A DNA stretch of 64,000 bases from an uncultured Candidatus Poseidoniales archaeon (GTDB lineage: Archaea; Thermoplasmatota; Poseidoniia; Poseidoniales; Thalassarchaeaceae). A model generated the notes under the pieces. That model saw only the letters and a list, made by a program, of their open reading frames with translations, was not told the origin of the DNA and searched no databases. How positions within the stretch are numbered: position 1 is the first letter of the stretch; each line of letters starts with the position of its first letter. A program made the translations under genes and the position numbers. The stretch is taken from NCBI GenBank assembly GCA_902573085.1, contig CACGHY010000002.1:4925-68924 (forward strand). The letters are read 5' to 3'. Below are positions 50,001-57,456 of the stretch, one piece after another.

Positions 50001-53000
50001 TTGTTATTGTAAGGGATGTGCCGTTGTCAGGGTCAGGGATTGCGGCTCTTGCCATGATTCCATAACCATCATTCAGAACTCCTTCCCCAATGGTCACGAA
50101 GAAATTAGTCGCACAGTTTGCTTCAAGCCCTCTTTCTCCTGTTGAGGCCAAGAAAGCAGAGGCATCATCCACATTGAGTGTACCACTACTGTATGATGTC
50201 ACTACTGCTTGAACAGATGGTCTTTGACATCTTATGAACCACCGACCGTTACCTTCGGCCCATGCCTCCAACTGATCTGTGACCTCAAAAGACGACACAG
50301 GACTGTTCTGACCCCAATCGACTGCGAACCTAGATTCATTCATCCTCATCTCAGGCCTGTTCGTAGCCATGGTGCAATCGACAGTCATCTTGAATTTCTT
50401 GTTCGCCGGTATGGGAGTTCTAGCATCGTTGTCTGCTGAGAGCAACCCATCAACATCGAAGAACATGGACGGGAACAAGGGTATCTCCGTCAATGCCCTA
50501 GTGGATGCATAGTAAGTCGAGGCCTGTTTGTCGTTTCTTACTGATGCATTTCCTGTCCCCACGATTTTGTCCTTCCATCCGGGCAAGAACGGGTGTTCTG
50601 TGAATACGGGCTGTATATCTATGCCACCCTGACCCAACCCTCCCAGAGTCATAGTCACAGTAGGAGTCCCCATGTCTCCTATCTCTTTGACGGGCGAACC
50701 CTGTCCTAGATTGAAGTCCCTTTGTGACCTGTGGTCAAGGATGTCCATCAAAACAGAACGTCCGTTTATCACGGTGCTTGACGACTGTCCCTGACCTGCT
50801 GTTGGACTTATCTCCTCGATCCTACCACGCATCAGGGTCTTTTCCAAAGTGACCAAGGCGGAGTCTCTCGGAGACTTTGCATCGTCTGCTACATCATTGA
50901 GCATGGATGTCCTGAGTTTGTTCGTAGGGTGAACTAGGACTAGGTTCTCATTGCCTGTCAATTCATTGTCGATGACATCGAAACCACATAGGTTGCTACG
51001 CCTCAATGATGAGGGGGTTATCTGGGATGAGGTGTGATTCTTATTGTTTGAAGCCCCTCCAGATGCGAAGTATAGTGTGTGGAAGTCAGAGTTACTGGTG
51101 CTATCTGGGGTGTTGATTGATGCTACTGCTTGTGGTACACCATACCCTTGGACCCCTGTGCCTACTGAATACACGGTATCCTCGATGTTGATGAATGGCG
51201 AGGGGGTGATGTCTCCTGTCGGGTTCGATGAGAGTGTGCCTGATGCGGGCTTGTCATTGAATGTGGTAGTCGGTAGGCTGACCAAGCCACCCGGAGCGGT
51301 GACATTCAAGAGTATGGCATCACCGTCTGTTTGGTTGCCCGAATAAGGCCGTCTAAGCCAATCTGAGACAGTCCGACTACCAAAGACAGCACTACCACTA
51401 GGGACAGTCTTAGACACGACCAGATAGGCCGCATTGCCTGTGGCGTGGTCGGGGCGGAACTTGGTACTCACATCTCCAGATGCTAGGCTCGTACCCGCAA
51501 CTATCTCTCCGGTTAGGTCAATTGCATTGTAATGGACTAAAATCTCATTCGGCCCTCCTGCATTCTTTAGCAATTGGGGAGACTCTATGACTGCAATCCT
51601 AGACTCCTTTTCAGGGGACAGGTGTCTGACATAAGCATCGTTGGTTGGTACGCCATTAGACAGAGATGCCGTATGCTCTGTGTCCAACCCTTTCAACATG
51701 AATGGCTTGGGATCAGAAACTGCGATTGCGACAATCTCATCTCTCGTTGATGCATACAGATTCTGCCCGACGCTATTGTCATAGAAACCAATTCCGCTCT
51801 CAGTCACTATCCTATTGAATACGTTCGTGCTACTGCTTCCTGAGTCTGTACCAGAAACCGTCTTTGCTTTGTTGATTACCTTGGACACGGAGCCATGGTA
51901 AACCGGCTCTGTAACGATGACTTGCTGATTCTCAGAGACAAGCGAAGAGACTGAAACTTCGTCTGCCACATACTTGAACGTGTTAGCGATTCCTTGGACG
52001 GTCTGCTTGACGATCTGCTCATCTGGAGTAGGTAGCATACGCAGGAAGAAATCGCCCTCAACGAGGCTGTACGATGTTGAAGCACCCATGGCAGGGTATG
52101 TCGTTGCCGGGTCGTATAACGTGTCCGCATCGGTCGATCCGGTGCTTCTGCTCTTGAGAGAGATGAAGTACGCATCGTTGGAGTATCCAGAGGCGTCAGA
52201 GAATCTCTGTCCTTGGACGAATTGGGCCAAGGTGAATGTATCTGTCCTTCTCTTTCTTTGTCCGTTCACCGAAGCGTCGGTGTTCTCGTTGCCCGGATCG
52301 ATTAGGAGGTCTGCATTTCCCAGAGTGAACCATACGGGCGTGTTGTCCGTATGAGCGAACAAGTGTCCCTGTGTGGTTGGCAGGTTGTCCACGGTCCCAT
52401 TGGCGGCATCGTTGGCTAGTATCACAGATGTGCAGTTTATCCGGTTGTTAGCAAAGTCCAGACCCGTTATCCTGACTCTCTCGACCCTATTGATTGATGG
52501 GTTCAATGTCGATGTGGAGGAGGTGGATAGCACGTTGCCATCAGCGAACCTGACCTTCTGGGAATCGGGTGGTGTGACCGTGCCTGTCGTCGGGCTTGTC
52601 GCTGAGTGGTTAATCACCGCATTGAGAACCGTGGACTTGACGGTCGAGAAGTATGCGTCATTGGTCAAATCCAATGTCGATGTGTAGTATGATTGGTCTT
52701 TGACCTCCTCTAAGGGTATGCCCTGCGTCAATGCCGCTAGTTTCTCAAGGGCCGTGTACCTGTCTGTCACACTACCCGGATTGGCAGGGTAGTCTCGTAT
52801 CTTGAAGTGGGTGGTGTTGAAGTCGTAGCCTATCCCGACCATGGGTATCTCAAGCAGACCATCATGGGTGTTCGGCCCATCCCTTCCTTGCATGGACGTA
52901 CCCGGCCTTGCATGATCGAAGAAGTGAACATCCGGTATATCGTACTCATCATCGAACGTCCAGAGTCCGAAGGTGTTGTCTATCTTGGCGAGGGGTTGGA

Positions 53001-53664
53001 GGGTGGGGGGGTGGATGCCTTGGCAGATTCTCACGCTCTCTATCATGCCACGGAACTCGCCGCCCTGTCCACCGATGAAGAGGTCGGAGGATGCCTCCCG
53101 CATCAGCCCCCCGTCCCCACCGAGGTTCAACTCTGCAACTATGTCCCCATTCACGAACAGGCGTATCTCGTCCTGCGAGTATTGGGCGGTGACTAGGACT
53201 AGCCCCTGCGTCCCCACCGTCATCTCGTGTGGCCTGTGTGCATTGTAGGATGATGAATAGACTCCTGAGTTACTGCTCGTGTTTACTGGTGCGTTGAAAC
53301 TCGTCGTCAATGAGTATGGCCTGTCCTCCGTATGGACTTCAAAGACTATCTTGCCCTCAGAGAAGGGATTGCCGTACTTCAAGGTGAATGCATTGTCCTT
53401 GTGGACTATCACTCCACCATAGTCTGGCACGATGTACGCATCGATCGTGAATGCGCCTCTCAGGGAGTTGAGCGGGTTCGACATGGAGTCCTGATGCATT
53501 CTGCCAATCTTGGTGGCGTGACTCTTCGTGGCATTGACAGTCCCTGCAAACTCATTGGGACGCAAATCGACTCCAGACTCACGAAACTTGCCTGTTGGGA
53601 CTACCAGACCATCAGTAAGACCATTGAATCGTAGTGCCTTGCCATGTAGTCTGACAATCCCCAT
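47047..53664 (-). CDS. Giant tail-associated protein (2205 aa) with concanavalin-A-like/LamG domains at both termini
   Basis: N-terminus: LRFNGLTDGLVVP...FTIDAYIVPD...IRLFVNGDIVAE...LFIGG..GEFRGMIESVRI. C-terminus: WSISAWFKP...NWGLYLFG...YFWNGALSEIGVFNYALSQSECEEIY. Both match the LamG_3 pattern. Confidence 0.75.
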   Translation of the reverse strand: MGIVRLHGKALRFNGLTDGLVVPTGKFRESGVDLRPNEFAGTVNATKSHATKIGRMHQDSMSNPLNSLRGAFTIDAYIVPDYGGVIVHKDNAFTLKYGNPFSEGKIVFEVHTEDRPYSLTTSFNAPVNTSSNSGVYSSSYNAHRPHEMTVGTQGLVLVTAQYSQDEIRLFVNGDIVAELNLGGDGGLMREASSDLFIGGQGGEFRGMIESVRICQGIHPPTLQPLAKIDNTFGLWTFDDEYDIPDVHFFDHARPGTSMQGRDGPNTHDGLLEIPMVGIGYDFNTTHFKIRDYPANPGSVTDRYTALEKLAALTQGIPLEEVKDQSYYTSTLDLTNDAYFSTVKSTVLNAVINHSATSPTTGTVTPPDSQKVRFADGNVLSTSSTSTLNPSINRVERVRITGLDFANNRINCTSVILANDAANGTVDNLPTTQGHLFAHTDNTPVWFTLGNADLLIDPGNENTDASVNGQRKRRTDTFTLAQFVQGQRFSDASGYSNDAYFISLKSRSTGSTDADTLYDPATTYPAMGASTSYSLVEGDFFLRMLPTPDEQIVKQTVQGIANTFKYVADEVSVSSLVSENQQVIVTEPVYHGSVSKVINKAKTVSGTDSGSSSTNVFNRIVTESGIGFYDNSVGQNLYASTRDEIVAIAVSDPKPFMLKGLDTEHTASLSNGVPTNDAYVRHLSPEKESRIAVIESPQLLKNAGGPNEILVHYNAIDLTGEIVAGTSLASGDVSTKFRPDHATGNAAYLVVSKTVPSGSAVFGSRTVSDWLRRPYSGNQTDGDAILLNVTAPGGLVSLPTTTFNDKPASGTLSSNPTGDITPSPFINIEDTVYSVGTGVQGYGVPQAVASINTPDSTSNSDFHTLYFASGGASNNKNHTSSQITPSSLRRSNLCGFDVIDNELTGNENLVLVHPTNKLRTSMLNDVADDAKSPRDSALVTLEKTLMRGRIEEISPTAGQGQSSSTVINGRSVLMDILDHRSQRDFNLGQGSPVKEIGDMGTPTVTMTLGGLGQGGIDIQPVFTEHPFLPGWKDKIVGTGNASVRNDKQASTYYASTRALTEIPLFPSMFFDVDGLLSADNDARTPIPANKKFKMTVDCTMATNRPEMRMNESRFAVDWGQNSPVSSFEVTDQLEAWAEGNGRWFIRCQRPSVQAVVTSYSSGTLNVDDASAFLASTGERGLEANCATNFFVTIGEGVLNDGYGIMARAAIPDPDNGTSLTITTSQTWNPLNTTNNESSNLGNIDAGMTVTLGGYIILDGATSVPNPSHDYIISIEAISNFTANTPNLLAAEIATAVKTVIGLNANAVHADPNNSARYLILDGPNMEAFEWDPNEDNESANDRQSLHPVVCQTSYLSLKGKKSDSSALEYIRPLEIDFNDIANTKGDFNLCVDEVIRRINMAGHPQAKNANGGSAFDPPPLFPLIASNKDTGTHMGYVRAFIGTDTESRDGESGKSIVIHSTVPGASGRNFNVRLSNKTPYTYKPAQVIGYGGLLASNSRLYQPNTIPAPMPIGADGETFVPISTFRGAPSGSTLDSTNALRSYNGLGGPFKVTTVASPAGQTLAGGSVTNNMTDPTLAAFNNDTSMTHLAVSTNVEDYLKRVTRATGTLSKGILKVGSLIAEFESIDQQKTATSTDVMTNCFFIRNITPRDTMTDFIETFYDSDGAAIGGIEVELLYPRTDAEGIVYFGGGHTGVTFDISDGTANDYSDDYPHHYSKGPTGFSGYQNLHEVSTASAVLDFTNITNNDTINENTLQGVHHRLNTDGTALQRCLLYARLNDGTIIDGTYNQSPIITEALYGSKLRLTRGYAILTPDGNYSSGSSMDVTMTGSTDITNILIGGGSNLSGARSVVHNDDAFTFTGTSATGGADATLSGVVGASAVNDGVEMTFTRGNTNVATMTSLNGPAYSVDTTSKGYKFRGGQSIATHHWTGSTTNLEYGPMSDFDITQDWSISAWFKPSDTSFANNNEICSGPIITGRDKNNRNWGLYLFGSRIDNTHQTISFAMAYHDGSNHKIARNKVNDGGIKITDNAWTNIIVTKSGTTITMRAGNSERLRGYNYNASSVQDTTSMINLGGGQFGTGNARSLETTTANHNNTATFPQFLGGTVKTGMCFIGVSTIRNLETVHSSGDPDALFTIHYTDVTSSSQGNHAGVCGTLDSYESYAGGGLATSENVYFWNGALSEIGVFNYALSQSECEEIYAARGVW

Positions 53665-53665
53665 A

Positions 53666-54895
53666 TCATATACCCACCAGTTGCTCGACTGCCGCGAACT
53701 CTAACTCGTAGCCCCAATAACCATCACCTGCGTTAAAGGTCGGATTGTAACTCTTGAGAACGGCAGGGATAGCAACTCCCTGCTCCAAGAATGGGTTTGG
53801 TCGGATAGTCTCGTTGTTCACTACGGTAGTGGGGTCGAAGGCCCGGTTGTTCTCCTCGGAGGAGAAGTCGGTTCCCACTCCAGATGGAATCAGGTATTGC
53901 CTTAGCACCTTGCTTCCTGAACTGGACGATGCTAGTGACTCATATGGTATTCTGACTCCAACCACATACTTCTTTACCGTCTTCATCTGATCGACGCGGA
54001 GGAAGCGGGATGCATCCTTGGAAGAGACACCATCTGGTATGTCTATGACGGAACCTGCTATCGCGTTTGGAGATACCAAAGCACCTCCTGCGCTCATGTT
54101 GGTGAGATTGAGCAAGTCCTGTACCTTGTCCTCCATGGTCTTCTTCTGACTCGATGCTCCGCCAGACATACTGGTGACTAGGAACTGATTGCTCCACGTC
54201 GCTCCTGCGTCATCCTTCGACACGGTTACTACATGGTCGCCGTTAGCCCCCTCGACCGTGTTCTTGATTGTGATTCGCTCGCCGTTGAAACCGGAGCCGC
54301 CCTGTGCATCTTGGGATAGTGTCTCCATCTGACCAGATGCCTGTGTGACGGTCAATATGGATGAGCAACCAGTAGTAGCGGTATTGACCTTGACCGATGC
54401 GCTGTTGATTGCACTAGCAATCGTATCGGCTAGGCTATCAGAGGAGGTCGTCGAGGAGATGTTAATCACGATGATGCTGTTGGTGGCTACTGTCGATGAG
54501 CCAGATCCGTTCTTCAATTGCAATGTGATGTCCTCTCCCAAGTTAGCATTGATTTGCCCGGTGGTCTGAAATCGTATGCTAACGCCATCCAAGTCAGACT
54601 TGACCGCGTTCCAACTTGCATACAACTCGTACCACGTCGCTTGAAGGGACTGACTGCCGTTGATTGAGGTGTCAATCGTCATGGATGAACCGGCTCCTCC
54701 TGTCGCGTCTGTGTCGTCCGTGAATATCCCGCTAACGGCTATGCCCACTTGTGACTGGTTCAAGTCCAGACCGACACGGGTGTTGATGATGGCGATGGGG
54801 TAGTGAGTCACCTCCCTCTGTACGTTGAAGGTTATCCTGTCAGCATCCAACTCCGTGACGGTGCTATCCCTGTGTATCATCTGAATCCTCGGCAT
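53666..54895 (-). CDS. Putative distal-tail/baseplate protein (409 aa)
   Basis: Position immediately downstream of the tape measure gene, with a 1-nt start/stop overlap. No diagnostic motif, so the call is by synteny only. Confidence 0.5.
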   Translation of the reverse strand: MPRIQMIHRDSTVTELDADRITFNVQREVTHYPIAIINTRVGLDLNQSQVGIAVSGIFTDDTDATGGAGSSMTIDTSINGSQSLQATWYELYASWNAVKSDLDGVSIRFQTTGQINANLGEDITLQLKNGSGSSTVATNSIIVINISSTTSSDSLADTIASAINSASVKVNTATTGCSSILTVTQASGQMETLSQDAQGGSGFNGERITIKNTVEGANGDHVVTVSKDDAGATWSNQFLVTSMSGGASSQKKTMEDKVQDLLNLTNMSAGGALVSPNAIAGSVIDIPDGVSSKDASRFLRVDQMKTVKKYVVGVRIPYESLASSSSGSKVLRQYLIPSGVGTDFSSEENNRAFDPTTVVNNETIRPNPFLEQGVAIPAVLKSYNPTFNAGDGYWGYELEFAAVEQLVGI

Positions 54896-56319
54896 CAGAT
54901 ACCCCTCCCGTACCCGCCAGACCTAGACCTCGACCGGAATGCCTTCTGGACTTCCATGCTTACTGCTCTGGCTATCGCGTTGGGATCTCCGCCCGTGCTA
55001 TTGACCGTTATGTTGGCGGTGAATCCACCCCCCATCCCCTCTGCTCCTTGCAGAGTCACGGGTATCGTCCTACCGTCTGGTAGTGGCACGACGGCCTCTG
55101 TGCCGTGCAGGGCTACGGCGTAACCAGAGTCAGGGCCTCTTGCTATGCCTCCCTGAGCAAACGGATTCAGAGAGGCCAAGCCACCCGTTATATCTCCTAA
55201 GTCAGGCACTATGCTTCCCAAGTCTATGTTCTTCAACTCATCAATCTTGTCTAGGATGTAGTCGATTGGAGTCATCAAGAAATCGAACATTCCACTAAGG
55301 GCCTTGGAAACTCCATCCTTGAAATCAACAGCAGAGTCATACATATCACCAAACTTTTCGCTGAAAAAGTCCGCTATCTCCCCTATACCTCCGGTGGCTA
55401 TGTATTGAATTCCTTGGAAGTAAAGTTGAATTCCTTTTAGAACGAAGGTTGCTATGCCATAAACAACATTTAGTACGCCACCAATGACCGTGCCAATGCC
55501 TTTCACGATTGTATTCAAGATAGTTCCCGATGTGGTTGCTTCCTTCACGATATTGGCAATCAACACTATAATCGCCCCTATGACTATGCCCGCAGTCTCG
55601 CCTAACATTCCGAATGTCACAATCAACTCGTTGAAGTATTCAATGAAACCACTTGCCGTGAGGAATGCGAACACCCCATTGATTATGTTCGTGAGTGTCT
55701 CACCGAGGTTGCCTCCTTCGATACCGAGAATCGCAAAGGCCTCGTTCACAGAAGCGAAGATTGCACTTACGCCCGTGCCTAGACCATCAAAGGCAGTCAT
55801 CAGGGAATCTAGTAGTCCGGTCTGTTGAAGATTTGCTACGAAGACGCTCCATGCCACTCCTAGAGCCTCAAAGGTCACAACCACGCCATTGACAAAGGCA
55901 TCAAAGGTCGATTTGAGGTCGGTTACTGTGATGCCTGTGCCTTGTAAGAGGCCGTCGAATATGGTGAGGGCATCACCTACTCCTCCTATTTTGTCACCCA
56001 TGGCAACGAAAGCAAGACCCACTAGGGTAATGACGCCGATGAGGAAGAATAGATTGCCACGAATAGCATCAAATAATCCTTTGAATAGAGTTATTGGTTT
56101 TAGGACTGCTTTGAACACATCCGCTAGTGTCTTAAGGTTTGAAATCATATTTCGGTATATGTCATAAAATGGACCGAGCGTCTTAGTAAGTGCCTTGTTT
56201 ACTGCTATCTGTCTTACCTTAATTGGAATTTCTTGTCGCCCAGATTGATTAAGTCTGAAAAGGGATGCTTCTAGTTCAGCAATCGTTCCCTTTGCCATTC
56301 TATTCGCCGTCCTGCTCAC
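54895..56319 (-). CDS. Tail tape measure protein (474 aa from GTG 56319, or 467 aa from ATG 56298)
   Basis: Position just after the G/GT chaperone pair. Long Gly/Ala/Ile/Val/Phe-rich helical-hydrophobic core (GVITLVGLAFVAMG..., GAIIVLIANIV...). The C-terminal GGIARGPDSGYAVALHGTEAVVPLPDG is typical of tape measure C-termini. Confidence 0.7.
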   Translation of the reverse strand: MSRTANRMAKGTIAELEASLFRLNQSGRQEIPIKVRQIAVNKALTKTLGPFYDIYRNMISNLKTLADVFKAVLKPITLFKGLFDAIRGNLFFLIGVITLVGLAFVAMGDKIGGVGDALTIFDGLLQGTGITVTDLKSTFDAFVNGVVVTFEALGVAWSVFVANLQQTGLLDSLMTAFDGLGTGVSAIFASVNEAFAILGIEGGNLGETLTNIINGVFAFLTASGFIEYFNELIVTFGMLGETAGIVIGAIIVLIANIVKEATTSGTILNTIVKGIGTVIGGVLNVVYGIATFVLKGIQLYFQGIQYIATGGIGEIADFFSEKFGDMYDSAVDFKDGVSKALSGMFDFLMTPIDYILDKIDELKNIDLGSIVPDLGDITGGLASLNPFAQGGIARGPDSGYAVALHGTEAVVPLPDGRTIPVTLQGAEGMGGGFTANITVNSTGGDPNAIARAVSMEVQKAFRSRSRSGGYGRGI

Positions 56320-57021
56320 TTAATTGTTGGTTGAATCTCTCAAAGAAGTCGTCAAGGTTGGCACTATCACTTGTAGTCCGTAAGGGCCTCCCCTTATTTC
56401 GGTTTCCTCCGGCGTTATAACGCTCGGCTTCTTTACGAGCCTTCTTCATCTCCTCTGTCTGTTGCTCTTGATTTACCCTCACCATTAGGTAGTCTAGGTA
56501 AACCCGATCGACTGGTTGGTCGTCCCACATATGTGGAGGACAATTGAAATGACTACCTAAAACGAATGTTATGGTCTGGAAGGAGAGCATTGCACTCTGT
56601 TCTGGAGTGAACGGATTGATTAGTCCGCCTGACGTGATGAATGACCTGAGATCAGAGTGCGTTATTCCAAAGGGCGGGGTTCACCGCCGGTCATAGTCGC
56701 TATCAATGAGTCTATTCCGGGCAGAACCTCGACTAATGAGGCCCCGACTTCTGGACTCAGGTTCACCAAGTCCTTCTTCTCGATCTTAGGCTCTGTGTCC
56801 GTGATGCAGTTTCTGAGGACGTACTGCCAATATCCCCCGAAGTCTATCCGGGGTTTCATGTCCTCTCCTTCGATTACGAAATCGACGAACTTGGATATGG
56901 CTTCCTGCTGTTGTATCCAAGTCATGGGCTTGACGTAAACCACTAGGACACCTGCGGGCGTTTCGACCTCGTGCCTCTCTGCGGACTTACCCGCTAGGAA
57001 ATCACTCGCTTTCAGAGCCAC
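56300..57021 (-). CDS. Tail assembly chaperone GT-like fusion, produced by a -1 programmed frameshift
   Basis: The -1 frame is open from 56680 down to the stop at 56300..56302. The track's ATG at 56590 has no SD-like sequence upstream. The T-frame stop lies 1 nt before the tape measure ATG at 56298. Confidence 0.5.
56662..57021 (-). CDS. Tail assembly chaperone, G-like (119 aa)
   Basis: Small acidic ORF immediately upstream of the tape measure gene. It ends ...GGEPRPLE* with the slippery heptamer CCCTTTG spanning its last codons. Confidence 0.6.
   Translation of the reverse strand: MALKASDFLAGKSAERHEVETPAGVLVVYVKPMTWIQQQEAISKFVDFVIEGEDMKPRIDFGGYWQYVLRNCITDTEPKIEKKDLVNLSPEVGASLVEVLPGIDSLIATMTGGEPRPLE
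56668..56674 (-). promoter_or_regulatory. Candidate -1 ribosomal frameshift heptamer C CCT TTG (X XXY YYZ in the G frame)
   Basis: The minus strand reads ...gaa ccc cgC CCT TTG gaa taa. Slipping back 1 nt gives ccc ttt gga ata acg..., which is the open T frame. Confidence 0.5.
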
Positions 57022-57418
57022 TCACATCACCTTCTTCATCTTCGGGAAGACGGGGATTAAAGTCATCTCCATCTCCTGCTCCGACATCTTCCCCTGTTGC
57101 GGCAGGAGCATCTTCTGCGACACTTGCTCCTCCCTCGTTGTTGGCATCCCACGCCCTCAACCTGTCAATCAACTGCTGTTTGTTGCCATAGACAGGCTCA
57201 TCTCTCTGCGTTAGTAGGACTTTCAATTGCGTGACGGTTTGTTCGTCGTAACCATCTGTTATCACTACTGGCTCTGGCTCTGGTGCTACCATTGTACCCT
57301 CAATGACGATGCCGTGTGCGCTCAGGCCCGGACCCTCAATGATGGAACCATCTGCACCAATAGTCCAATCCAGTCTCTCTCTTGAACCGTTTAATGTGAC
57401 GAATCCCTTGACTCTCAT
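57002..57418 (-). CDS. Tail-module protein with SAP/HeH-like motif and acidic tail (138 aa)
   Basis: TVTQLKVLLTQRDEPVYGNKQQLIDRLRAW matches the SAP pattern (L..LL..R.L...G.K..LI.RL). Beta-rich N-terminal 55 aa and an acidic C-terminus. Confidence 0.55.
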   Translation of the reverse strand: MRVKGFVTLNGSRERLDWTIGADGSIIEGPGLSAHGIVIEGTMVAPEPEPVVITDGYDEQTVTQLKVLLTQRDEPVYGNKQQLIDRLRAWDANNEGGASVAEDAPAATGEDVGAGDGDDFNPRLPEDEEGDVSGSESE

Positions 57419-57456
57419 CGTTATACCGTTCCTGTCAATGGTTATTCAAGATTTCC

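Noticed and set aside
1069-54842. The heptamer CTGACAG/CTGTCAG recurs (1069, 6863, 8875, 8884, 32872, 38503, 38512, 54836) and might be a regulator site
   Set aside because: About eight occurrences of a given 7-mer on both strands are expected by chance in 64 kb, and most copies are inside coding sequence. Only the tandem copy (8873-8890) and the palindrome (38502-38519) are reported as features.
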